This document shows, piece after piece, positions 39,243 through 53,298 of a stretch of 64,000 nt of DNA. The DNA is taken from NCBI GenBank assembly GCA_951406725.2, contig OX597815.1:57164001-57228000 (forward strand), in the 5' to 3' direction. The notes beneath the pieces are model-generated. The model was not told the origin of the DNA, searched no databases, and was given only the letters and a program-made list of their open reading frames with translations. Source of the DNA: Octopus vulgaris. Taxonomy: Eukaryota. Made by a program: the position numbers and the translations under genes. Positions within the stretch are counted from its first letter, which is position 1. Each line of letters begins with the position of its first letter.

Positions 39243-39301
<59 letters not shown>

Positions 39302-39534
39302 GTGTGTGTGTATGTGTGTGTGTGTGTGTGTATGCATATATATATATATATGTATATATATATATTTATTTATGTATATATATAAATGTGTATATATATA
39401 TGTATATATATATATGTATATATATACATATGTATATATGTATATATGTATATATATACATATGTATATATATATGTATATATATATATATGTATATGTA
39501 TATATATACATATATATATATACATATGTATTTA

Positions 39535-39592
<58 letters not shown>

Positions 39593-39839
39593 GTATGTAT
39601 ATATATATATATATATACTCTTACTCTCTTTTACTTGTTTCAGTCATTTGACTGCGGCCATGCTGGAGCACCGCCTTTAGTCGAACAAATCGACCCCAGG
39701 ACTTATTCTTTGTAAGCCCAGTACTTATTCTATCGGTCTCTTTTTGCCGAACCGCTAAGTGACGGAGACGTAAACACACCAGCATCGGTTGTCAAGCAAT
39801 GCTAGGGGGACAAACACAGACACACAAACACACACATAC

Positions 39840-39897
<58 letters not shown>

Positions 39898-39906
39898 ATG
39901 TATGTA

Positions 39907-40581
<675 letters not shown>

Positions 40582-40632
40582 TTTACTCTTTTACTTGTTT
40601 CAGTCATTTGACTGGCCATGCTGGAGCACCGC

Positions 40633-40696
<64 letters not shown>

Positions 40697-40706
<10 letters not shown>

Positions 40707-40875
40707 GAGTAAATAATTTCTTTAATAGTTTTTTAAAAAAACAACAATTATTTACTGGTAGATTTCGGCATGTAAATATAACCATTAACGGTTATATTTA
40801 CATGCCGAAATCTACCAGTAAATAATTGTTGGTTTTTTAAAAAACCATTAAAGAAATTATTTACTCTTATTATTA
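40697..40875. repeat. Near-perfect palindrome with ~90-bp arms
   Basis: Centre tataacc attaac ggttata at ~40786. Confidence 0.9.
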
Positions 40876-41317
40876 TATTACTAAATGAAATTTTCATTCC
40901 CTTACGACAACCCATATTTTTGGAATACGCATGGTAAAATTTTTGAGGGAAGATTTGCGAAATCAACTGTCTATTTAGGTTTAGCCTGTGCTCGCTTTCT
41001 TACACTCTTTTGATGTCGCCTGGTCAGAAGGATGGGGTATGTAGCATTTGATAAATCTATTTTTATGGAGAGTTGCGCTGATGAAAGATATGAAATTATA
41101 TTTCTAATCTAGAAACATGTTCACAAATGACCATTAGACCTTGTTTTCGTTGTTTATTCCTTCTGTTTTGCATATGTGAATTGCAGGGATATGTCGTATG
41201 TGGAGTCCCGTTTGTAGAAAATAGAAATAAACAGTCTATGACTGCCATTTCTAATTTTTTCGGTATGCGGCCAAGCAACCTGTTGCCTGCCCCTTTTATT
41301 TATATACTATATATATG

Positions 41318-41380
<63 letters not shown>

Positions 41381-41570
41381 AATAAATATTAGGGAATAAA
41401 TCCAAATTTACAGGGGAAAATCAGATTTAGGATTGAATCCAATTTTATAGTAAAATATTATATTATATTAAATTAGAGACAAAACCACTATTATGCAAAT
41501 CAAACAAAGAAAGACTTAAGCCAATACATAAATTAATTTATATAAATTTAGAAATTTAACAATTATAAAT

Positions 41571-41631
41571 AACCACTACGATCGTTTCGTGTCTTATTTC
41601 AGCACATCTTTGAGACATTCTTCAGGTGGTT
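41571..41631 (-). ncRNA. Hammerhead ribozyme motif
   Basis: Mirror image of 42167-42227. Confidence 0.75.
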
Positions 41632-42166
41632 TCAAAACATTTCCCCATCAAGTGCACAGTCTTGTTCCTCCTCCGCTAACTCAGCTGTAATGCCATCCTT
41701 CTTTTATGGAGATCTGTCTGAAACTTCCATGTTGAACATAATTAAACTTGCTTGATTCCAGACCCAACAACTGAAGTCAAATTGTAGAATGCTACGCTGC
41801 CAAACTTTATTTTTTTACTTTCCTTTTTTCTGCAAGAGCACTTGGTAATTTCCGTTAGTTTTCGTGGCATTACAAGTTGTACTGTGATGGCAAATTACTA
41901 CTATCTGTGATGGTAAATTAAATAGTGTGGTCAAGACTTGTTTTCTATAGAAGTCGAATAACTAGCAGCAGTAATAATAAAAGTCGCTGTGGGGAAGTTC
42001 TTCTCCCTGAAGTTTTACCTCTAAACATTTTTTAAAACACACACACACACTTTATATTAGTGTTAATAAGACTACCAACGGTTTCATGTGAAGATATGTT
42101 CACAACTGTTGAAGCGTATATATGTATATATAGAATAATTGTGCACTTGGTGGGAAAATGTTTTGA

Positions 42167-42227
42167 AACCACCTGAAGAATGTCTCAAAGATGTGCTGAA
42201 ATAAGACACGAAACGATCGTAGTGGTT
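42167..42227 (+). ncRNA. Hammerhead ribozyme motif
   Basis: aaccac CTGAAGA atgtct...agacac GAAA cgatcg T A gtggtt; palindromic stem III, triplet GUA. Confidence 0.8.
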
Positions 42228-42476
42228 ATTTATAATTGTTAAATTTCTAAATTTATATAAATTAATTTATGTATTGGCTTAAGTCTTTCTTTGTTTGATT
42301 TGCATAATAGTGGTTTTGTCTCTGATTTAATATAATATATATATGTATATATATACAGCCGAAATTGCGAAGATGATCCGGTTCTTGACTGAAGATTGAA
42401 GGCTTCGAATGTCCCGTCTGTGTTTTTTGTATCGTCTTCTAAATGTTTTGCGTTCCTGTCCCAGTTTGTATTTTTT

Positions 42477-42513
<37 letters not shown>

Positions 42514-42519
<6 letters not shown>

Positions 42520-43165
42520 ATTTTATTGATAAATTCGAACCCAAGCTAAATAAGCAATAATACTTAGATAGCAGGAAAATTATCTTATTTAGGGTTAAAA
42601 CCTCTATTACCACCACCATCACCGCTAGCAATAATAATTAAGGTGCTGACAATGATGATGATGACAATTGAAATATAAAAATCTCTGACAAAGGCTATTT
42701 ACAACATTTCTAAAAATAGCCCAACAATTGCTGCCTCGGCCAGGGTTAAGATACAGGACTCTTGACATGTCCAACAAAGCGTGACGCCTAAACCAATCAG
42801 CTCAACCAACCAATCAGCTTAAGTAATTGAGTGATACTACACACTGATTGGTCAGAATACAGTTTGCAAAACCTAGCAATCTGGAGCCCACACAGCTGTA
42901 TTTAAGGCACAGATTCAATCATCTCGCTACAGTCAAAAATTGTGAAGCATGACTGTCAACACTACTTCATGAACCTGAAGATTGCAGAATTTAATGCATG
43001 AAAGTACTACTTCAATCAGAATGAAGATTTAACATTCTATTATTTTATTTTATTTTATTGTATTATATTATCTTATATCATTATAAGATTGTAAATAAAA
43101 CGTGAAAATCAGACAAGGTTGGAATTCCTTTTATTAATATATTCTTCTATACACAATCACACACA
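42514..43165 (+). mobile_element. Penelope 3' end (GIY-YIG C-terminus + UTR)
   Basis: Reads FIDKFEPKLNKQ*, followed by a hammerhead and an aataaa-containing end. Confidence 0.65.
42970..43014 (+). ncRNA. Hammerhead ribozyme motif
   Basis: tgaac CTGAAGA ttgca..tgcat GAAA gtac T A cttca. Confidence 0.6.
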
Positions 43166-43168
43166 CCA

Positions 43169-43223
<55 letters not shown>

Positions 43224-43305
43224 ATCAAATAGGGTAATAAAATAAATTATTATTACCAGTGGCCTCGCACAAAAGACGAATTAGTCATTAGACTATATAT
43301 TTTTC

Positions 43306-43423
<118 letters not shown>

Positions 43424-43736
43424 TTATCTTTTTACCATTACTGTATATCTCATTTTGTATAATGCCTTTACTCATATGTAATGGTGTATTAAAGTATTGA
43501 TTGGGTATCATCGGATAGTTGATGTTTTATTGATTAAAGTATGTTTCTCCATTCTCTAATTTTGTAGTATTAATTTACCCATATAATACAATAGATGAAC
43601 TGATTGTTTGACAATTTTTAACATCTATGTATTAATCTTGTTGGGTACCTATCTGGCAGTATATTGGATATATATTATCCCATGGTGGGTTGAATTTTCA
43701 ACCCCTATCTCATTTTATAACCTATATATATATATG

Positions 43737-43787
<51 letters not shown>

Positions 43788-43819
43788 TTTATTTTAAGCA
43801 GCAGAAAATTCAACAAAAT

Positions 43820-43857
43820 CTGTTACTCTGAGTTTCTCGTTGCCGTTCATCAGACAG
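43820..43857 (-). ncRNA. Minimal hammerhead ribozyme motif
   Basis: Mirror image of 45096-45133. Confidence 0.65.
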
Positions 43858-45095
43858 TTTTTGCTAGAATGGAACCGATATATCAATTCAATCTAGACTC
43901 TTACAAACGCTACACCTTTAAAAAAAATGGACTTGTTTGATTGGCCCTTTAGAAAAAACGGTCAATCTTCGAGCGATAAACAAAAAGGTCAAAAATATAT
44001 GTATATATATATAAAAACTTATAAAAATTATAAAATCCGAGGAAGAAACCTTACATTGAATAAAATACATATTGACGTTAATGAAGAAAGTATAAATTAA
44101 TGCATAGAAATTAAACCTGTTATAAATATTACACTGCAATACATATTTATATTAAAATGTACATATATATATCAACATACACAGAAGGATGCGTGCAAAC
44201 GCCATACATATATATACAGACGTATAAATATAAATATAAAATATACACATAAATGCATGCGTACATATTTATACGCAATCCATCTTTTTTAAAAAAAAAG
44301 CAATGTTGTCAAAAATTAGAATTTTGATATAAGTATGTGTATAGCCATGGATATGTATTTGTAAGCATGCGTATCTGTGTATGTGTAAGTGAGCGTATGT
44401 TTGTGCTTAAGCACACATATACACGATTGTATGTTTAATGTATCCATTCGAACTTGTGTATTTGTATACTTGTCTCCATATATGTCAATAATGCCGTTAC
44501 ACAGCTTGTATACATAATTTTTTCTTATTTCGTTTTTTTCCCCACCCCTCCTTCTTCTTTTTTCCTTCCCCCTTCTTCGTTCCTTTTTCTCTCTCTTCCT
44601 TTCTTTCGTCCCCCCCCCCTTACTCAGTATATGAGAATCGCTACATAGATGATTTTAACTTGCGTGCGAGATGGATTGCGTACAAATATGTACGCATGCA
44701 TTTTTGTGTATATTTTAGATTTATATTTATACGTCTGTATATATATGTATGGCGTTTGCACGCATCCTTCTGTGTATGTTGATATATATATGTACATTTT
44801 AATATAAATATGTATTGCAGTGTAATATTTATAACAGGTTTAATTTCTATGCATTAATTTATACTTTCTTCATTAACGTCAATATGTATTTTATTCAATG
44901 TAAGGTTTTTCCTCGGATTTTATAATTTTTATAAGTTTTTATATATATATACATATATTTTTGACCTTTTTGTTTATCGCTCGAAGATTGACCGTTTTTT
45001 CTAAAGGGCCAATCAAACAAGTCCATTTTTTTTAAAGGCGTAGCGTTTGTAAGAGTCTAGATTGAATTGATATATCAGTTCCATTCTAGCAAAAA

Positions 45096-45133
45096 CTGTC
45101 TGATGAACGGCAACGAGAAACTCAGAGTAACAG
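45096..45133 (+). ncRNA. Minimal hammerhead ribozyme motif (38 nt)
   Basis: ctgt CTGATGA acg gcaa cga GAAA ctc a gag T A acag. Confidence 0.7.
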
Positions 45134-45210
45134 ATTTTGTTGAATTTTCTGCTGCTTAAAATAAAGCATATTACTCTACCACTGGTATTTGAGTACTTTG
45201 TGTTTACTCC

Positions 45211-45273
<63 letters not shown>

Positions 45274-45345
45274 CGGGAAGCTTTATGAAAATAAACAAAA
45301 GACGAAGGCAGGTTTACGGAAATAAACAAAAGACGAAGATATGTA

Positions 45346-47300
45346 TATCTATCTAACCGCTCAGTTGAAGTCGACTCTCGGTTACTCGTTGGATCAGTGT
45401 CCTCCAGTCAGTTCTCTCCTGGGCCGCTTCTTTCAGATTGGCTATGTCCATTCCGGTATCACTCTTGATGGTGTCAATCCAGCGGGTTCTTGGTCGGCCT
45501 CTTCCTCTCTTGCCACTGACCATTCTGAGCATGATGTCCTTCTCCAGGGATTTTCTCCGCATAGTATGACCGAAATATGCCAATCTATGTTTGGTGATCC
45601 TAGCTTCTAGTGACATTGTCGGCCTGATCTGCTTAAGAACTTCTCCATTCGTGAGTCTCGCTGTCCATGGAATCTGTAAAAGTCTTCTCCAACACCAAAG
45701 CCCGAATGCATTAATTCTCTTCTGGTCAGCTTTCTTTAGTGTCCAGGTCTCGCATCCATATGTTGCTATTGGGAAGACAATTGCATTCACCAATCTGCAT
45801 TTGGTAGCGAGTCTGATGTCTCTACTCTTCCAGACCCTGCTCATGCTGACCATTGCCTCTCTGCCTAGTACTATCCGCCATCTTATTTCTGGAGTGCAGT
45901 CACCATTTCGATTTATTTTGGAGCCAAGGAAGATGAAATCATCAACCACTTCGATCTCTTCATTATCGATCTTGATGCTGATGTTTGTTGTGGCTGCTGT
46001 TGACATGATCTTCGTTTTCTTAACATTGAGGTACAGCCCAAATTTCTCACTCTCTTTCTTAACCAGCAGTGCAAGATCCTCCAGATCCTTACCACTCTCC
46101 GCCAGCTGGGTTATATCATCTGCATAGCGGAGGTTATTAATATTTCTTCCTCCAATCCTTACTCCAATGCTGCTATCCTCCAGGCCTGCATTCCTCATGA
46201 CCTTTTCAGCGTACATGTTGAAGGCTGCTGGTGACAGGATGCAACCTTGCCGAGTGCCTTTTCCAATCTCAAACCAATCAGTGTCGCCATATGGTGTCTG
46301 TACAGTAGCCTCTTGGTTTTGATAGCTGGACAAGGTGTAAAGGTGTTCCCATTTCCTCCAGACATTTCCATAACTTGTCATGATCAATACTGTCAACGGC
46401 TTTGGAGTAACCGATGAAACACATGTACAGCTTCTTTTGGTATTCTCTTGCCTTTTCCATAATCCACCGTAGGTTGGCGATGTGATCGCGGGTGCCTCTT
46501 CCCTTTCTGAAACCAGCTTGCACCTCTGGCAATTCTCTCTCAATAGTTGTGTTCAGGCGCTTCTGGATGATTTTAAGGATACTTTTGCTTACATGGGGGA
46601 TCAGGGTGATGATACAGTAGTTTGCGCAGTACTTTGTATCTCTTTCCTTTAGTATTGGAATGAAAACTGACCTCTTCCATTCCCTTGGCCACTTACAGGT
46701 TCTCCATATTCATTGGCAAAGCGATGTTAGTGTTTTTGTTGGTATTGACTTGGAATACCATCTAGTGGAATACAATCAGTACCTGGGGCTTTTCGGTTGG
46801 CCAGCTGTTTCATTGCCCATACCACCTCATCCTCCAGGATGTCTGGCTCCAGTTCCAGTTCCAGTGGCTTCTCTTCTGCCTGTTCATCGAGGTTGTTCCC
46901 TGCATACAGCTGTTCAGTGTACTCTTTCCATATTTTCCTGATCCCTTCTTGGTCATGGAGTTCTTCACCATTTCTCCCTCGGATGGTTGCTTGTCTGGCC
47001 ATGAAAGCTTTACGGGTCTTCTTTATATGTTGGTAAAGTTCTCTCATGTTCCCTTTTCTGTATGCCTCCTCTACCCTTGCACATTCCTCATTCTAGTATT
47101 TCTCTTTGTCCTTCCTGGCGGCCTGTTGGAACATTGCATTCAGGCGCCGCACTTCATCCCTGCTTCTGGTCATCTTTGCTCTCCTACTTTCTTCTGCTAT
47201 TGCAATAGTCTCCTCCGAAATCCACTTTGCTGATCGTATGGGTTTCTTGTACAGTACATGTTTCTCTGCTGTTTCAACGTTTCCAACCGTTCTCCTCACC
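45346..47300 (-). mobile_element. RTE/BovB-like LINE, 5'-truncated
   Basis: VQAGFRKGRGTRDHIANLRWIMEKAREYQK, RQGCILSP, NNLRYADD, YGCETWTL..WCWRRLL. Confidence 0.92.
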
Positions 47301-47396
47301 GTGGTGCTGGAGGTGGCAACGGCATATGGTAAGTATGCTGGCTAAACGGCTCTGGCCTGGGGAAAGACCTGGCCAATATACTCTATATATGTATAT

Positions 47397-47446
<50 letters not shown>

Positions 47447-47505
47447 ATGTGTATATATATATGTATGTATATATGTATGTATGTATATATATATATATAT
47501 GTATG

Positions 47506-47600
<95 letters not shown>

Positions 47601-47609
47601 ATATATAAG

Positions 47610-48475
47610 ACGATGGACGAAGGTTGCAAATCGACTCAACCAACATCCCAAATGTAGCGAAAAGTCCCGCCTAAAAACAACAGTGATGGGGATCGAAAAA
47701 AGGCTGCCACAATCCTATGTGAGGGAGAAAGCAGACAAAGAAGCCTGGGTTATAAAAAACATTACGTCAAACCCAAAGGCCTTCTTTCTCTCAGTACACT
47801 ACAAGATAGGACTCCTCCTCCAAAAGGATGGCGCCCTCACAGATAGTCCAACTAAGATCAGTGAGATACTGAATGACCAGTTCAAAAGTGTCTTTACCAC
47901 CCCGTTGGAACACAGACAAGTGAACGAACCAGTGGACTTCTTTGCCGCCTCACCTATAACCAGCGAGGCAGTTACAATGGAATACACTGACATTAGCGAA
48001 GAAGATATACTACTAGCCATAGATGAAGTGGACACAAACTCCACTGCTGGTTTCCCAGCAATCCTCCTCAAAGCGTGTACGCATGCCCTGGCAAAACCCC
48101 TCCAAATTCTCTTCCAGAGCGTTCTTACAAATGGCAAACTGCCAAGCAAGCTGAAAGAGGGAATAATATGCCCAATACATAAAGGGGGAAGTTGAGCAGA
48201 TGCCAACAATTATAGGCCTATCTCTCTGACTTCACACATCAGCAAAGTCATGGATCGGATAGTCAGAGGGAAACAAATCGTATTTCTTGAAGAAAATAAC
48301 TTGCTGAGTGATACCCAGCATGGTTTTCGACCAGGTAGGAGCTGCCTGACCCAGCTCTTACAACATTATGACTGGGTGTTGAGGCAGTTACTCAACAACT
48401 CAAACGTGGACATAATATACCTTGATTTTGCAAAAGCTTTTGACAAGGTGGATCATGGTATGATATGCCACAAGC
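47610..48475 (+). mobile_element. CR1-type LINE RT fragment
   Basis: NYRPISLTSHISK, QHGFRPGRSCLTQLL, YLDFAKAFDKVDH. Confidence 0.9.
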
Positions 48476-49080
48476 CTTGTAGTTTCTTGATAGTTAATTT
48501 TTACATTTGATATTAGATATATCTTTTAATTTTTATATAGGAATTTGAGAATTAGTTTCGTTAGACTATATATTTTATAATAATTAGATAATGTTTTTAT
48601 TAAGTAGTATTACATTTAAGTAAACTAGTTTTTTATTTTAATTTTAATATCAATTTTATGATTAACTTTATTATCGTGTGAAATATTAAATCTATAGATA
48701 TTAATAATATAATTAGATTATATAATGGATTTGTGTATATTTGAACTATTTCCAATTTTTGATTGTATTATTCATGACTAGTTGGATATATTAATTAGAC
48801 GCTAAAACATAATACATTTAAAATCCAGATAGATTAATTTAATCGTTGAACTTAGTAACATAGTTTGTTTATCAATATTATTTGGATCTTGTATTATTTT
48901 TAGTTTGATCGTTATTATTATTATTGTTATTGACTGGATTTGTAGTGGACTGGTTTCTTACTTTCCATTAGCAAATAATTCTTGCCGTTATATCATTTTT
49001 ATATTTAATGATAGATATAAGTTACGATAGATATTAATTCTTATATCTATTTATTTAGATTTATATATTAAATATGTATG

Positions 49081-49101
<21 letters not shown>

Positions 49102-49111
<10 letters not shown>

Positions 49112-49740
49112 TATATTCCAATTACTCAATAGTGAAGATAAAACTCTGAGTTTCAGATGCCGAAGTGGAAATCCACACCATCTCTTCGGTTATCTGGCCA
49201 TCTGAAAAACGCTATGAAAAAATACCGTTATATAAAGGGAAATTACTGTGTTATAATTCTGCTACTTATATAAAATAAGATTAAAAGTTCACGTAAAAGT
49301 TCACGTAAAACATGGCTAGTCATACGCTCACATGTGCGCTCGCGGACCCACGTGCGTACTTATACGTCACTATGAAAACGTACACATCTTCACTCGCATT
49401 TTTCGCCAAATATATACAAACTCATACACACACACACGTACCGTAAAAGTTCATACATACGTCTATATACGCACAAGCACTAGAAAAACCATGGTTAAAG
49501 GTAACAGAAAAAAACATTAGGAAGTATATTTTATATAAGTAGCAGAATTATAACACAGTAATTTCCCTTCATAAAACGGTATTTTTTCATAGCGTTTTTC
49601 AGATGGCCAGATAACCGAAGAGATGGTGTTGTGGATTTCCACTTCGGCATCTGAAACTCAGAGTTTTATCTTGACTTCAATAGTAATTGTAACATATTAT
49701 TTTATAGATAAATTTCCTCTATTTACATAATATTGAGGTC
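49102..49740. mobile_element. Palindromic pair of PLE pseudo-LTRs with hammerheads at 49137-49194(-) and 49610-49670(+)
   Basis: 49102-49277 mirrors 49527-49700; gataa CCGAAGA gatg..catct GAAA ctc a gag T T ttatc. Confidence 0.85.
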
Positions 49741-49919
49741 TCTCTTCTGGTCAGCTTTCTTTAGTGTCCAGGTCTCGCATCCATATGTTGCTATTGGGAA
49801 GACAATTGCATTCACCAATCTGCATTTGGTAGCGAGTCTGATGTCTCTACTCTTCGAGACCCTGCTCATGCTGACCATTGCCTCTCTGCCTAGTACTATC
49901 CGCCGTCTTATTTCTGGAG
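49741..49919 (-). repeat. 179-bp local copy of RTE sequence 45716-45894
   Basis: Near-identical (two substitutions seen). Confidence 0.9.
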
Positions 49920-50925
49920 CGCCACTTTGGCAAGCTATGCAGACGATACAAAAGTCTCGCAGAAAATACAGAACCCCAGCGATGTTGCACACTTGTAGCA
50001 GGAGTTGGACTCAATCTACAGATGGGCTGAGGATAATAATATGCAGTTTAATGCTGAAAAATTCCAGGCCCTGCGTTACCAGCATCCAAAACTGAATATT
50101 AAACTTACAGGATACACCGGTCCACAGGGAATTTCAATCCCAGAGCCTAAGTCTGTGAGGGACCTGGGTATCGACATGAGTGAGGATACCTCTTTCCAAG
50201 TGCACATTACCAAGATGGCGACAAAGTGCAGACGACTGGCTGGATGGATCCTAAAAACATTCAGAACCAGAGATAAGGAAACCATGATGGTCCTCTGGCG
50301 GACATTCGTCCTCAGCCGCCTGGATTACTGCTCACAGCTATGGTCACCCACCAGTGTGACATTAACAGCGGACCTTGAAGCAATCCAGAGAAAATTCACA
50401 AAGAAGATTGTCTCTTTGCAACAGCTCAGCTACTGGGAAAGGTTGAAACAGCTAAGACTCTACTCCCTGGAGAGAAGACGGGAGAGGTATGCAGTAATAT
50501 ATGTCTGGAAGATCCTGGAAAGAATTGTACCAAATTTTGGCATTGTAAGCTACACCAATGCTAGAACGGGACGACACTGCATAGTGCCAAAGATCCCAGC
50601 AATGCCATCACGCTTCAGGACCAGCTTCTACAACAGCCTGGGTTTCAAGGGCCCACAGCTTTTTAGTATTCTCCCAAAGAGTCTGAGGAACTTGCACAAA
50701 GGAGTTGTAGCGGTTTTTAAATCAAAGCTGGACATCTTCCTTTCGAGAGTCCCTGATCAAAAACCTATTATTATTGTCATGGCAAGAGGTGCAAATGAGA
50801 GTAGCTTTATCAAACTCCATTCTTCACCAAGTGCCACATATTAGAGGAGGTTCTTCGTAACAACAGTGTAGCAGAAAAACGGTGGTGCATCAGCATGGCT
50901 GCAGCTCTGAGCTGAAAAAAGAAAA
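49920..50925 (+). mobile_element. CR1-type LINE 3' end
   Basis: SYADDTK, VRDLGI, SRLDYCSQLWSP, LYSLERRRERY; 3' end ggtggtgcatcagcatggctgcag. Confidence 0.9.
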
Positions 50926-50988
50926 AATATATATTTGTATATTAAAGTATATTTATTAATTAATTTATTTATTATTCTAGTTTATTAT

Positions 50989-51092
50989 TAACCTGATGAG
51001 TGGCTATATTTATATCGAAGTGATTTTACTACTACTATTAATTCTTTTACTATAATCATTTCTTAAATATAGCCACGAAACACGTGTCGTTA
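50989..51092 (+). ncRNA. Type-I hammerhead ribozyme with fully canonical core
   Basis: taac CTGATGA gtggctatattta...taaatatagccac (13-bp stem II) GAAA cacgtg T C gtta. Confidence 0.88.
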
Positions 51093-51335
51093 TTCTACCA
51101 ATTATATACGTTTTTATTATTTTTTTGCAATTTACTTAATCATTGGTATGTTATTGTTATTTTAATATTTCTATTATATGTAATTTTCTTGATGGTGTAA
51201 TTTGATTGTTCATTTTGAATCGATAAAAGGTGTTTTTTCTAATTCATATATATATATATAGATGGTGTTGTAGATTTCCACTTCGGCATCTGAAACTCAT
51301 AGTTTTATCTTGACTATCGAGTAATGTAACATATT

Positions 51336-51426
<91 letters not shown>

Positions 51427-51467
51427 ACATATACATATATATATACATACATACATATATATATACA

Positions 51468-52818
51468 CTAGCAGTATCGCCCGGCGTTGCTCGGGTTTGT
51501 AAGGGAAATAATTATATAAGCATTTTTAGAGATGTAAAGTATAATAGCCATCTCAATATGGCTAACCACAAAGGGGGAGGGTGTTACTGTAGCTTTTTAC
51601 GTTCTGAGATTTAATAATAAATTTTAGAGAGTTACTTCCCTTATATATGTCAAAAATGGATTAAAAATGGGAAAAATTGATGGTAATTTTTTTTTTTAAT
51701 CGTAGACTCATCGTAGACGCGCGCTAATACCCAGACGGTCTCGATATGAATCACGACTATAAGATACCCGGTTTTGGTTAAACTGCACCGCAAAATGTGG
51801 GAGTAGTTAGGAATCTAAATCGTAGGAGACAGACACACAACCTCACTTTTATATATAAAGATTTCCTCTATTTACATAATATTGAGGTCTCTTTCTTTCT
51901 TTTGTTATCTTACTGTTTTTACCAATATACATATATATATATATATAAATATATATATAGTCACAGAGATGTACTTGCATAGCAAGTGACTTGATCTGAG
52001 ATCGTGTGCTGGAACGAAAACAGTTGCAGCGTTGAAGGTGTTTATGAGCCATTTAAGAAACACACAAAAACCGTTAGATTCACTTCAACATTTAAATTTA
52101 ATTTGTCAAAATATTTTCGTCGCTTTGAGACCGCGACCTGTTAGCACGATATTTTTGTCAGTGAACAGGTCGCGGTCTCAAAGCGACGAAAATATTTTGG
52201 CAAATTAAATTTAAATGTTGAAGTGAATGTAACGGTTTTTGTGTGTTTCTTAAATGGCTTACAAACACCTTCCACGCTGCAATATATATATACACATATA
52301 TATATATGTATGTATGTATGTATGTGTGTATATGTGTATGCATGTATGTGTGTGTGTGTGCGTGTCTGTGCTTGTGATTGTCCTCCACCACTGCTTGACA
52401 ACGAATGTTGGTTTGTTTACATCCCTGTCACCTAGTGGTTTGACAAAGGAAACAGATAGAATAAGTACAATGCTTACAAAAATAAAACTGGAGTTGATTC
52501 ATTAAACTACAATTCTTCAAGGCATTGCCCCAGCATGGCCACAGAGCAATGGCTGGAAAAAGCAGAAGAATAAAAGAATTGAGGGGGACCTCTACATGGT
52601 AGCTAGACCTGGTAGAAATAGCAGCAAAATTTCCCCCAAATCACACCTTACTGTCTTATCTATGTATATATGTATGTATGAGCCTATGAGGGAGACCCCT
52701 ACATGGTAGAAATAGCAGCCAAATCTCCCTCAAATCACACCTTACTGTCTTATCTTTCTGCTACTTGGATATAGGTGTTATATTCGTCTAAAAAAACTTT
52801 CCTGTCACACACTCACGC

Positions 52819-52870
<52 letters not shown>

Positions 52871-52877
52871 CGTCACA

Positions 52878-52912
<35 letters not shown>

Positions 52913-53284
52913 GCACGTTAGCTTACAATTTTATTTATATATTTGCGTGTGTATGTGTGGAAAGAGGAAGTGGGAGGCTGAGTGAAAGAATCACTCACCA
53001 CAGTAAGTGAATTAGTTTCATTTTATTCGTTGCCCACTGTGTGTGTGCGTTTGCGTGTGGTGTAAACCAGACTAAGAAAAGCATTTGACACACACACACC
53101 AGAATGTGAGTTTTCTGTAAATTTTGCTTAATTGGAGTTTAAATTTTAAAAACTGGACCTGGCATGACGCGATGCATTGTACTCTTAAAAATGCCAGGTA
53201 AATTGTAATTGAAGAAATCCTATATTGTAGATTTGTATAACTCCCAAAGGGAGGCAGATAAAATCTGCCTTTTATAATAAGAGA
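51468..53284 (-). mobile_element. Composite non-autonomous Helitron (left arm of the large palindrome)
   Basis: 5' TC preceded by A; 3' hairpin cccgagcaacgccggg + CTAG followed by T; reverse complement of 53299-55050. Confidence 0.85.
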
Positions 53285-53298
53285 TACATATATATATA

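Larger units (their letters stand above)
41459..42338. mobile_element. Inverted pair of ~200-bp PLE-type tails around a ~480-bp spacer
   Basis: 41459-41658 is the reverse complement of 42140-42338. Confidence 0.85.
43788..45165. mobile_element. Inverted pair of ~500-bp PLE-type tails
   Basis: 43788-44285 is the near-exact reverse complement of 44669-45165. Confidence 0.9.

Noticed and set aside
42385-42420. CTGAAGA...GAA as another hammerhead
   Set aside because: It lacks GAAA and clear stems I and III.
47227-48195. 322-aa ORF
   Set aside because: Chance fusion of microsatellite and CR1 fragment.
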